DNA from: Octopus sinensis
Lineage: Eukaryota
Assembly: GCF_006345805.1 (NCBI RefSeq)
Contig: NW_021825065.1
Span: forward strand, 1-16,873
Reading direction: 5' to 3'
DNA: 16,873 bases
Below the pieces are notes generated by a model. The model worked only from the letters and a program-made list of their open reading frames with translations, was not told the DNA's origin and did no database searches. Made by a program: the position numbers and the translations under genes. Positions within the stretch are counted from its first letter, which is position 1; each line of letters begins with the position of its first letter. Of the stretch, positions 1-10,139 are shown in pieces.

Positions 1-84
1 CCCGGGGTCGAGTGCTCGATTAAAGGCGGGTGCTCCAGCATGGCCGCAGTCAAATGACTGAAACAAGTAAAAGAGTAAAGAGAG
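1..84 (+). mobile_element. SINE family A, 3' end (cut by window edge)
   Basis: ggcgggtgctccagcatggccgcagtcaaatgactgaaacaagtaaaagagtaaagagag is near-identical to the reverse complement of 6305-6385 and 1974-2050. Confidence 0.85.
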
Positions 85-106
85 AGTATCAAATTAAAAC
101 AAAATA

Positions 107-353
107 CTCCTTCTCGAGCCATGCCAGGCTCATAAGGGGCAGTTTCCCGGTTTCAGTGACATAGAAATTCCCCATCTGGACGGGACGCCGATCTGTGGCG
201 GGTTTACTTATTTTTGCCAGCTGAGTGGACAAAAGCAACATGAAATGAAGTGTTTTGCTCAAGAACACAACGCATCGCCCGGTCCAGGAATCGAAGCCAC
301 AGCCTTACGATCCTGATGTTCAACACCTTAACCACTAAGCTACGCGCCTCCAC
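107..353 (-). mobile_element. SINE family C (tRNA head plus CORE-like block), near full length
   Basis: Minus strand begins gaggcgcgtagcttagtggttaag (A box) then gcttcgattcc (B-box-like), then ttcttgagcaaaacacttcatttc. Homologous to 560-722 and 3327-3437. Confidence 0.85.
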
Positions 354-427
354 ATTGTATTAAATTAGCAGGAACTAAAAAGTTATTTCGAACCAAAAGA
401 AGATTATTTCTTAATAGGAAATGGTAA

Positions 428-553
428 TATAGTTAAGAAGCTTGTTTCGCAACCATTTGGCTATTGATTCAGCCCCAGTGTACAGTACTTTAGACAAATG
501 TCTTATTCTACAGCTCCCTATAAACCAATACCATGTGAGTGAATTTGGTTGAT
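428..553 (+). mobile_element. SINE family A, diverged 5' half (tRNA head plus CORE-like block)
   Basis: gttaagaagcttgtttcgcaaccat...gattcagcccc...caaatgtcttattctacagc...tgtgagtgaatttgg aligns by eye to the reverse complement of 6580-6700. Confidence 0.7.
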
Positions 554-559
554 ATATAT

Positions 560-722
560 CCCTGAACGAGATGCCGGTTCATCAAACTCACTTTTACCAG
601 ATGAGTTGGCTGAAGCAATGTGAAGTGAAGTATTTTGCTCAAGAACCCAAAGCGTCGCCCTGTCTAAGAATTGAAACTACAATTGAGTCCAACTCCCTAA
701 CCACAAGACCACACGCCTCCAC
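560..722 (-). mobile_element. SINE family C, diverged partial copy
   Basis: gcaatgtgaagtgaagtattttgctcaagaac...ctaaccacaagaccacacgcctccac parallels 235-353. Confidence 0.8.
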
Positions 723-789
723 AATAATTTAATTTGGACAAGAATAGTAGAGGTATGATTAAAACGTCTGCAAATCATGTGTACAAGAC

Positions 790-1024
790 GGCGAGCTGGC
801 AGAAACGTTAGCACGCCGGGCGAAATTCTTAGCAGTATTTCGTCTGCCTTTACGTTCTGAGTTCAAATTCCGCCGAGGTCGACTTTGCCTTTCATCCTTT
901 CGGGGTCGATAAATTAAGTACCAGTTACACGCTGTGGGTCGATGCAATCGACTTAATCCGTTTGTCTGTCCTTGTTTGTCCCCTCTATGTTTAGCCCCTT
1001 GTGAGCAATAACGAAATAAGAAAC
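790..1024 (+). mobile_element. SINE family B (tRNA-like head, gcctttcatcctttcggggtcgat central domain), full length with 12-bp TSD
   Basis: Near-identical to 13352-13582. B-box-like gagttcaaattcc. Flanked by the direct repeat tgtgtacaagac at 778-789 and 1025-1036. Confidence 0.9.
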
Positions 1025-1042
1025 TGTGTACAAGACTGTTAC

Positions 1043-1057
1043 GTGTGTATGTGTGTG

Positions 1058-1102
<45 letters not shown>

Positions 1103-1113
1103 GTGTGTGTGTG
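1043..1113. repeat. (TG)n microsatellite, probably the internal repeat of a family A SINE
   Basis: Direct reading; followed immediately by a family A 3' half. Confidence 0.95.
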
Positions 1114-1425
1114 TACATTTCTTTGTTTCCACACCGTTTGACTACTTGTCTTCGGTTTTTACGTCCCCGTAAATTAGCAATTCGGCAGTTAGATAGAATA
1201 ACGAACAGGCCTAAAAAGAATAAGAAGTTTAATTTTAATTTAATTTTTTTTGCTTCAAAAAGCAAAAGCAAGGCCATGTAGGGGGACATGGAGTTATGTA
1301 CAGGGAGGGTGTTCATACACAGAGTTCAGGCCATTTCTGGTCAAGTAGGGGTAGTTTTTCCCTGAACCATTCAAGTTGGTGCCCTAGCATGACCTGAGTC
1401 TAATAACTGAAACAAGTGAAAAAAA
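1114..1425 (+). mobile_element. SINE family A, diverged 3' half, split by a ~114-bp insert
   Basis: tttacgtccccgtaaattagcaattcggcag...gatagaata...aagaataag (to ~1228), resuming at 1343 aagtaggggt...ggtgccctagcatgacc...actgaaacaagtgaaa. Collinear with the reverse complement of 6309-6510. Confidence 0.7.
1229..1342 (-). mobile_element. Probable 5'-truncated non-LTR retrotransposon 3' end
   Basis: Minus strand ends in an A-rich tail (gaagcaaaaaaaattaaattaaaattaa). 6-bp stem ccatgt/acatgg at 1274-1291. Candidate TSD aagt at 1225-1228 and 1343-1346. Interrupts a SINE. Confidence 0.5.
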
Positions 1426-1973
1426 GAAAAAAAGGAAAAACAAAGGAACATAGTACATGACCAGAATATTGGAGAAAATCGTCAAAGATGAAAAGGAGCT
1501 CTTTGTATTTTCTGTTTATTATATACATTGTAAAAGATCTCGTTAATGTAAATGAAATGTTTCATCTTCTATTAATAAGATGTCTGAACTGTTGAAAGTG
1601 TTAGACATACTTAGAAAAATTTTCCATTAGACGATTTCTAAATATTAATGGCTTTGAAAAAAGACATTCAAAAGATATATTCTGCAAAACTTTTTAATAA
1701 TTTGTATATCGAAAGATTTATTTGAAATACAATTTTCGATGTATTTATTCAAGTAATAAAACAGTATTCTAAAGTGGACTTAAAATAGACAACATCTAGC
1801 ATCCAGTCAATAATGTAGACGCAAAATATAACAGAGAGAAGGAAATTTATTGTTAAAATAATATTAATTTAAAATTTTCATATTTCAAAATTTTCTCTTG
1901 TATTATGCGCGTATATTTTGTTAGGTACATTATTTTAACTGAACACGGCGGCTATTATATATATATTATTTTA

Positions 1974-2125
1974 TTCTTTTATTTGTTTCAGTCATTTGAC
2001 TGCGGCCATGCTAGAGCACCGCTTTTTTTTTTCAAAGAAATCGATCTCAGGACTTATTCTTTGTAAGCTTAGTATTTATTCTATAGGTCTCTTTTGCCGA
2101 AACGCTAAGCTTCGAGGACGTAATA
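1974..2125 (-). mobile_element. SINE family A, 3' part
   Basis: tgtttcagtcatttgactgcggccatgctagagcaccgc...ggacttattctttgtaag...ggtctcttttgccgaa matches 6325-6460. Confidence 0.9.
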
Positions 2126-2323
2126 CTGAAAAATGTAGTAAGGAATAGATGTGTTAAGCTCTTAGTTTTAAAAGACCACGTAACTGTTCGATCTACTGGC
2201 GAGGTAATTGTACTAACTAATCTAAACATACACTATGTCTGGGCACACAGGTAAGTAAAATTTCGATATATCATTTCATGTGTGTGTATGCATAGATTTA
2301 TACATACATACATATATATATAT

Positions 2324-2479
2324 ATCACCGTGATCACCGTGATCGACCAGGCTATCAGATGTAGCTACACATCGCTGGTCACAATGCGCTTCGCATTGTT
2401 TTAGCCTTCAAATGACGCCACTCCGCTGGCTAAGCGAGCAGGCCAACAGAAGAAAGAGTGAGAGAAAGTTGTAGCGAAA
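2324..2479 (-). mobile_element. Retroposon-like 3' end with two stem-loops and a 9-bp tandem tail
   Basis: (atcaccgtg)x2 at 2324-2341. Stems gaccag/ctggtc and acaatgcg/cgcattgt. GC-rich island with sharp edges. Recalled as an abundant octopus repeat (unverified). Confidence 0.6.
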
Positions 2480-2770
2480 TAATGAGGGAATATAAATCTG
2501 GGCAAAATACTTCATAAACTCTCTGTTGGAACACCAGGATAACGATATTATTTAGATTAGAGAACTCCAAGTAATCTTTTGGCAGGGTCATAAGTTATGG
2601 TTCATCACAATTCTACATTGTAAATCTGTGGATGAGCTTCAGATAAACTGGTTTTCACAGAGTGATATATATAAGAAACAAGTTAAAAGTAATGTTCATT
2701 TCATATTGTTTTATTAGAGCAAACTTGGCTTACAACTGTTTCCTGTAGTCATTATAAGAACTTTATATAC

Positions 2771-2796
2771 GTGTGTGTGTGTGTATGTGTGTGTGT

Positions 2797-2828
<32 letters not shown>

Positions 2829-2848
2829 TGCGCGCGTGTGTGTGTGTG
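2771..2848. repeat. (TG)n with internal (CG)n
   Basis: Direct reading. Confidence 0.95.
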
Positions 2849-2936
2849 TATCTATGTACGATGGACTCTCCTGTCGAAAACGACGTATGAGCATTCAGCT
2901 TTTGCCGAACAACCTGCACAAATGATTTGCTTAGGG

Positions 2937-3223
2937 CAGTGCTCCTTAACTCGGGTCCATATGGCCACTGAGGGGCCATTGATTTGGGGGCACACAACAA
3001 AATAGTAATTGGGGATCCACAGTAGTATTTTAAGAACCCCTGAAAAGATTTTGCTTTAGTTGTATGCAAGATAGGTATGTTTCTCTAACATTTTACATAG
3101 TTCAACCCACACAAATAGGAAATTTTGAAACTATTTTTAAACATCGAATAGCTATGAGAGTCCTCCAGAATAAAATGATAACCAGAGGGGTCCATATATG
3201 AAAAAAATGGTTGAGAACCCCTT
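2937..3223. mobile_element. hAT (Charlie-like) MITE, diverged
   Basis: Ends cagtgctccttaac and ggttgagaacccctt are degenerate versions of a cagtggttctcaacc TIR. 8-bp flanks gcttaggg/gtttagag match at 6 of 8. Subterminal gggtccatat at 2953 and 3188. Confidence 0.7.
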
Positions 3224-3326
3224 GTTTAGAGTGATGAAATGCTTGTACTGTACTCACTCACACCATCAAAGTGACGTTGCACAAACAGGTGCACGAGTAC
3301 CTCGCTTCGGTTGACAAAGTAATTGC

Positions 3327-3437
3327 AGAGCAATGCGAGATGAAGTGTTTTGCCTAAGAACATAGCGCATCCTCTGGTTTAGGAGTTGAAACCACTATGT
3401 CGCGATCGCAAGTGCAAGGCCCTAACCACTAGGCAAT
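3327..3437 (-). mobile_element. SINE family C, 5' part
   Basis: gagcaatgcgagatgaagtgttttgcctaagaacatagcgc...ccctaaccactaggc parallels 235-345. Confidence 0.75.
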
Positions 3438-3659
3438 GTATATATTTGTGTGTGTGTGTGTGTGCATATACATATATGTATTCATACCTGGTTAGATGTG
3501 AATATTTTCTCCGTCATTTCGCTTTCAATAGATGCATACATGTATGCAAATTGGCATACAGACATACATACGTTCACACACGCGCATACATAATCGTATG
3601 CATACAAGTTTATACATAGCATTGCCAAAACGACATACACCGTGTTATTCATCTCCACG

Positions 3660-3795
3660 CGTGCACCCACATACACTCACACACAAACACACAAATACAC
3701 ACAAACACACATATACGTACACGCAATAAGAGTAACAACACCAAAAACAGCAACAACAACAACAACAACAACAATAACAACAATAACAGAAACAA
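3660..3795. repeat. (CA)n-rich tract followed by (CAA)n
   Basis: Direct reading. Confidence 0.9.
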
Positions 3796-4107
3796 TAAAT
3801 ACATAAATATACTGGCGGCAACAGAGAAGGAAAAAGGGGGAAGTAATCTTGGTTAAACAAAAGATTCTTCTGGAAACCACCCTTTTCTTTTTTGTTATTT
3901 TCCTCTCGCGTTGATATGCTCGACTAATACCATTCTTAAGTTCCATGTCAAACTAACATTATAAACTAGAATGAGAGGTAAACCAGATTACAGGGAGGAT
4001 GTTTAGTGTCATGCATATTGTTCTAACACTGGCGGTCATCTGAACAAACCAAACAAATTGCAATGGAATTGGCACTTTTGGCACTGATTTACTGAACGTC
4101 TGTGAAT

Positions 4108-4190
4108 ACATACATAATATACATTTGCTACAAGTATATGCAGATGTATATATATATATATATTTATTTAGAGATATGTTGTGTGTGTGT

Positions 4191-4224
<34 letters not shown>

Positions 4225-4660
4225 GTGTGTGTGTATGTGAGTGTGTGTTTGTGTCGTGTGTATGCGTATGTGTGTTGTGTGTGTGTGCTTAACGTGTAAG
4301 ACCTGTGGTGTGTATGTATAATATATTACACACACATATATATATATGTATGCATATACTATATATGCTATACACGCTTGCAAGTATGTATGTATGTATT
4401 TATGCATACATATATACATACATACATACTTTACATACAATATATCATATATATATACATATATATCTATATACACTTATATATACGTATATATATATAT
4501 ATTATATATATAATTATATATATATATATTAACATATAAATATATATATATTTATACGTAACATTATAAATATATATATTATATATATATATATATATAT
4601 AATATATATATATATATATTGCAACACATGCATTACATGTGTATAATTCATATATACATA
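4108..4660. repeat. Compound (TA)/(TG)/(TACA) low-complexity array
   Basis: Direct reading. Confidence 0.95.
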
Positions 4661-5092
4661 TAAAACGGGACATCTGTTACGAGTAGATGGAACAGAAATA
4701 CGCCGTATTGTCATGACCTAAGATTCCATCCATCTATCTAGCAGCCAATTTTTAGCAGTCTATAGAGGAATCTCACTCCCCTCTATTCTTTATATTCTGA
4801 CGTAATCGAAAGATATCCGGATTAAGCCGTCTCGTCTGTGCATCACGCTTCACTTGCCGTCATCTTTACAGCTGCTGTCTCAATGGCGACAAAACATCTT
4901 CTAACTTGCTTTCTTTCTTGAGTTCATTTTCGTTGATCATTTTCTTCTTGTATTTATTTTTACCTTATTTTTCATTAGTCTATTTTATTTATTTTTGTTT
5001 TATTTTTATGAGTATTATTATCTTGGTTTTACGCTTCAGTAACGATACGTGTGCATAGGGATAAAAATAAGAAAAGGGAAACTTTAAAATTG

Positions 5093-5242
5093 AATATATA
5101 TATATATGTGTGTGTGCGTCTGTGTGGCGCGGCGTATGTGTTATATATATAATATATATATTATATATATATATATATATATTATTTATTTGTATATGTG
5201 TATATATATATATGTATATATATATGTATGTATATATATGTG

Positions 5243-5277
<35 letters not shown>

Positions 5278-5382
5278 GTATATATATATAAGTATATATA
5301 TATACGTATAGATATAGATATATATGTATATATATGTATATATATATGTATATATATATATGTATGTATATATACATACATA
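5093..5382. repeat. (TA)n/(TATG)n array
   Basis: Direct reading. Confidence 0.95.
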
Positions 5383-5844
5383 GCCACTACTCAATCGAAA
5401 CAAATGTAAATGGCTTGTTTGTGTTTGTCTTTTAGGGAGAGAATTGTTAGGTGGGTAAAAGCTGGGATGTTGGTGTGATTATAAGCTTCAGCTAGAGACG
5501 GACATGAGGACGAGGATTTCTCAGAAACGCTACATTACGTCACTGCATTATTTGTCGTGGCAATACCACAGTAGTAGTAGTAACAGCAGCCGCAAAAAAA
5601 AAAACAGTAGGAGAGATGATCATGATGTTTACAATGACATGAAAATGGAAAATAACAATAACAGTTTAAGTGACAGGAAAACAATTGCTTTCCACCGGCC
5701 CTCTGAAGATCTCTTAAGATACGGCAAAGATTAGAGACATAACGTAAGTTTTATTCCAAATAGAATTACGAAATCACCGCTAATTACCGAAATAAAGCGA
5801 GCATATCAGATCTTGCAAATATGTGCTTGTGTGAGTAGCGTGCG

Positions 5845-5850
5845 TATATA

Positions 5851-5908
<58 letters not shown>

Positions 5909-5932
5909 CTTCTATATACATACGTATGTATG
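5845..5932. repeat. (TA)n microsatellite
   Basis: Direct reading. Confidence 0.95.
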
Positions 5933-6308
5933 TTTATTAATGTTCTTATTTTAAGTTATATATAAAAATCAATTAAACATGAAATTGAAGAATTATTCAG
6001 AACATGTTTATTATGCTTTGCCATGATGAGAGGTCATACTGACTTCGAAAGTTCGGCTTTCTGATAAAGACAGATAAGGAAGCAAGATTCTTATCACAGA
6101 GTTCCTCGCAGATATTCATGAAAAATACAGATATATATATGGAATGAACGGTAACAGAAACTTAAAGACAGAAACAGGAAACAGAGAAAGAGAAAGTGGT
6201 TTTATAGCACTGTGGTCCTCAACCACAGAGCTGCAGACCGGTACTAGTCAGTAAATCATCTGCTATCGGGCCGCAAAGAAATAATCAACTTGTTTAAAAT
6301 TAAATACT

Positions 6309-6717
6309 CTTTTACTCTTTTACTTGTTTCAGTCATTTGACTGCGGCCATGCTGGAGCACCACCTGTAGTCGAGCAAGTCGACCCCAGGACTTATTCTTT
6401 GTAAGTCTAGTACTTATTCTATCGGTCTCTTTTGCCGAACAGCTACGTTACGGCGACGTAAACATACCAGCATCGGTTGTCAAGCGATGTTGGGGGGGGG
6501 GGGGACAAACACAGACAAATAAACACACATTCACATATATACATATACATATACGGCGGGCTTCTTTCAGTTTCCGTCTACCAAATCCACTCACAGGGCT
6601 TTGGTCGGCCCGAGGCTATATTAGAAGACACTTGCACAAGGTGCTACGCAGTGGGACTGAACCCGGAGCCGTGTGGTTGGTAAGCAAGCGACTTACCACA
6701 CAGCCATTCCTCTACCC
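6309..6717 (-). mobile_element. SINE family A, full length (tRNA head, CORE-like block, internal microsatellite, 3' stem-loop, (aaaagagt)n tail)
   Basis: Minus strand: tggctgtgtggtaag (A-box-like), gggttcagtccc (B-box-like), ccttgtgcaagtgtcttc (CORE-like), ending tgactgaaacaagtaaaagagtaaaagag. Candidate TSD aatact at 6303-6308 and 6718-6723. Confidence 0.9.
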
Positions 6718-6739
6718 AATACTATCAATCAAAACTGGA

Positions 6740-6868
6740 GTGACGATAACCAAAACAAAATTACGAAGTAGACTAGACGTAAGGAGCCCACTTCGAGTGC
6801 CATCGTCTCCTGTTACTCCCTGATGGGACCGTCTAGTTGTAGGGAAACACGCTCAAGGACCCCACTGA
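6740..6868 (+). pseudogene. hAT (Charlie/Buster) transposase C-terminal fragment
   Basis: Translates VTITKTKLRSRLDVRSPLRVPSSPVTP*WDRLVVGKHAQGPH*, resembling the Buster/Charlie tail ...TKxRSRL...LRVSLS.I.PRWDRLV.GKQAQ.SH*. One in-frame stop at 6821-6823. Lies inside TIRs. Confidence 0.8.
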
Positions 6869-7393
6869 TTCGCAAGTGTGTGGCCAGGCTGGAGCACATA
6901 TATGAGAGTCAAAAGATATACGATTTTTCTTCCCTTTAATAAATTGCTCTTTTTATTATTGTTCTCTTTATCGAAATGCACTTAAATTGCACATATGTTC
7001 CTCTACCAGTCCGCGGAAATATTATCCGCCATGAAGCCGGTCCGTGGAATAAAAAACCGGTTGGAGACCACTGTTATAGCAGGACGAAGTCGGAAAATTA
7101 AATGTTTTCTTTACCGTTAAGAAACTAACTATTGTCCGTAATGGTGAGTTTTTTTCTTTTAAAGGACTGGGCTGTTTTGTTCTTCTTTTTTTTCATTTGT
7201 CCAAAATGGATTTATATGGTCACTCATTATAATTTGCAAAAGTGAGCAAAGCCGTCAGTTCTGCTAAATTTATGATGGTACGTGAAATGTTGGCTACAAA
7301 AATAGATGAAACTGAATTTAACTAATTGAAGCGTTCGTTCTACAACAGAGAAATCTGTTTCGATGTAATAAGAGATTCTGGACCATTAAAAGT

Positions 7394-7937
<544 letters not shown>

Positions 7938-8195
7938 TTTAGAAAACAGGAAAAAGAAAATTCTAACTTAGCTTGTCACGACTTTGTTCCAATCCTATTG
8001 TGGTTTGTGAGGATAGAGGGTTTGCTTGTAAGTCTAAAGCTGATTTAATGGCGTGATGTCCTATCGCAGAGACAAGCAAGCATTGGATAATTAACAGAGA
8101 AGTTGGACCCAAATATGTTGAAATCGACGAGAGAGTCCATTGTATGTATATACATATATGTATATGCGAGCGTGGACGCACACACATATGCAGAC

Positions 8196-8224
8196 AAAGA
8201 TAGATAGGTAGATAGAGAGATATG

Positions 8225-8281
<57 letters not shown>

Positions 8282-8448
8282 GGATGAATGGATGGATGGA
8301 TGGATGGATGGATGGATAGATAGAGAGATGGATAAATAGATATATGGATAAATAGATATATAGTTAGGTAGGTAGATAGATGGATAGATAGACAGACAGA
8401 CAGATAGATGGATAAATAGTTAGGTAGGTAGGTATATATATATTTTTC

Positions 8449-8540
<92 letters not shown>

Positions 8541-8541
8541 C
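8196..8541. repeat. (GATA)n/(GGAT)n/(GACA)n tetranucleotide array
   Basis: Direct reading. Confidence 0.97.
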
Positions 8542-8682
8542 AGAAAGAAGAGATATTTTGTATGTGAGAGAATAAGAAAAGGAAGATTAGAAAATAATGG
8601 ATGAGAGAAAAAAGGAAGGAAGAAAGAATGAATGAAAGAAAAAAACAAAGAAAGAAGGAAAGAAAAAAAATAAGGAAGGAAG
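8542..8682. repeat. Purine-rich (GAAA/GGAA) low-complexity tract
   Basis: Direct reading. Confidence 0.85.
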
Positions 8683-9415
8683 GCAGTGGGGGATATATTT
8701 GGGAATAAATTTGAAATATCACCCCAGTTGTGAGGCAGAATGTGAAATAAAGTTACGCGTTATTTTTATGTATTTGATAGTTTGTGCTGTTTTATATATT
8801 TCTTTGATGAATTGTGTTCATCATTTATTTTGTTTTCGCTTTTCTACCTTTGAAGTGTCATCATCGTTTGAGAAGAAACTGGTTTCGCTTTCAAATTGTC
8901 ATTGCTGACGACAGATTTGACAGTGTGAGGAAGGATGTTGGTTGTTAGGCGAAGGTAAAGTGTAGGGGAGATGGAAAGAAACGGCTTCTCTATCATACTT
9001 TACATGCGATATTAGTCGAAGAAAGGACAGGATTTTGCTTACTTCTATGGTGAACTGAAAGAAAATCTGCGGGAACGCTTTTCAATAAGTCTTGTTACTG
9101 ATAGTCTTGTTTGGCAGTCAGCCTTCTCTGTAGCGACAGATATGTCGGTATGACAGACAGGGAGAGACCCTGATATACGGAGTGAATGAGAAAGGGGTAA
9201 GCGAGAGAAGAGAGGAGAGAGAGATTGAGAAGGAGAGAGAGGGATGGAGAAAGTGGAAGAGAAAGAGAGGCAAAGGCGGTAGGTCAGAAAACAACTAGCC
9301 AGAATTAGAGACGGGGACAAGCTTGGGGTACTGGGCAGACATTTGTTCAGACATGGAGAGAAATAGATAAAGTTGGCGGTATTAAATTTGATTGAAAGCC
9401 GGTGCTGAAAAGACG

Positions 9416-9532
9416 TGCGTGTGTATGTATGTATGTGTGTGTGTGTGTGTGTGTGGTGTGTGTGTGTGTGGTGTGTGTGTGGTGTGTGTGTGTGTATGCT
9501 CCCGCGTGTGCGCTTCAATGTATGTATGTATG
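9416..9532. repeat. (TG)n microsatellite
   Basis: Direct reading. Confidence 0.95.
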
Positions 9533-9639
9533 GGGGAGGGGCTTGATGTGTGATGTATAGATGAAAAGATACAACAGAGCAGAAATGGATGTTTTAAGAA
9601 AACAGCTCATTGTGGGAGCTAAAATACAGACATTGTTTC

Positions 9640-9666
9640 ATATACATATACGTATACATACATACA

Positions 9667-9714
<48 letters not shown>
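9640..9714. repeat. (TACA)n/(TA)n
   Basis: Direct reading. Confidence 0.95.
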
Positions 9715-10139
9715 GGTATTGTGATACAAACAGGAAAATTGGAATTCAAAATATACGTTTGTGTATATTTTTATTAATATGTAGCGGAAGCAACAGAGGG
9801 GACATGAGGTCCAAGAGATTTTATTCACCTTACTTCGAGACTTCGAGGTGTACGGCTAATACCAGACTGACTTGGTGTTTCAAATTAAGTACCTAATTGA
9901 ACAGGATCTGAATTATATATAAATAAATAAGTAATTTACAAGATAAGGGCAAAAGAAAAATTCTAATGCCAAATATGCCGAAAAAAAGACAAAAATTGTC
10001 AATAACCATTATAATTTATGCGTCTCGAAACAAACCGGTAGAAATTTCTAAAAAATCCGTTATTACCGTATTGGTCCAATTTCGGGGTTAATTCATAAGA
10101 ATTTTCCCCTCTTCAGCGATAAATACGTGGGATATAAGT

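Larger units (their letters stand above)
6210..7073 (+). mobile_element. hAT Charlie/Buster-type non-autonomous element (MER1/Charlie3-like), interrupted by a SINE
   Basis: TIRs ctgtggtcctcaacc (6210-6224) and ggttggagaccactg (7059-7073), 12/15 complementary. Perfect 8-bp TSD ttatagca at 6202-6209 and 7074-7081. Contains a transposase C-terminal relic. Confidence 0.9.

Noticed and set aside
270-353. tRNA genes at SINE heads (also 6640-6717, 10550-10614, 13352-13440)
   Set aside because: A/B-box-like motifs are present, but there is no convincing cloverleaf and each continues into a SINE body.
5504-5734. 76-aa ORF in partly unique sequence
   Set aside because: Low-complexity S/K/N runs, no homology recognised, length expected by chance.
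7122-7149. 22-nt microexon ending ATG|GTGAGT
   Set aside because: Splice-like motifs alone are common; no supporting context.
7997-8140. VCEDRGFACKSKADLMA* (LINE zinc-finger-like) followed by VGPKYVEIDE (Merlin-like)
   Set aside because: The second Cys and His ligands are missing, there is an in-frame stop, and the two motifs belong to unrelated elements; likely chance.
8360-8432. Telomere-like gttaggtagg
   Set aside because: Variants within the GATA/GGTA tetranucleotide array, not tandem TTAGGG.
9016-9153. 46-codon open frame ending at a G|GTATGA donor
   Set aside because: The acceptor region is purine-rich and the peptide is unrecognisable.
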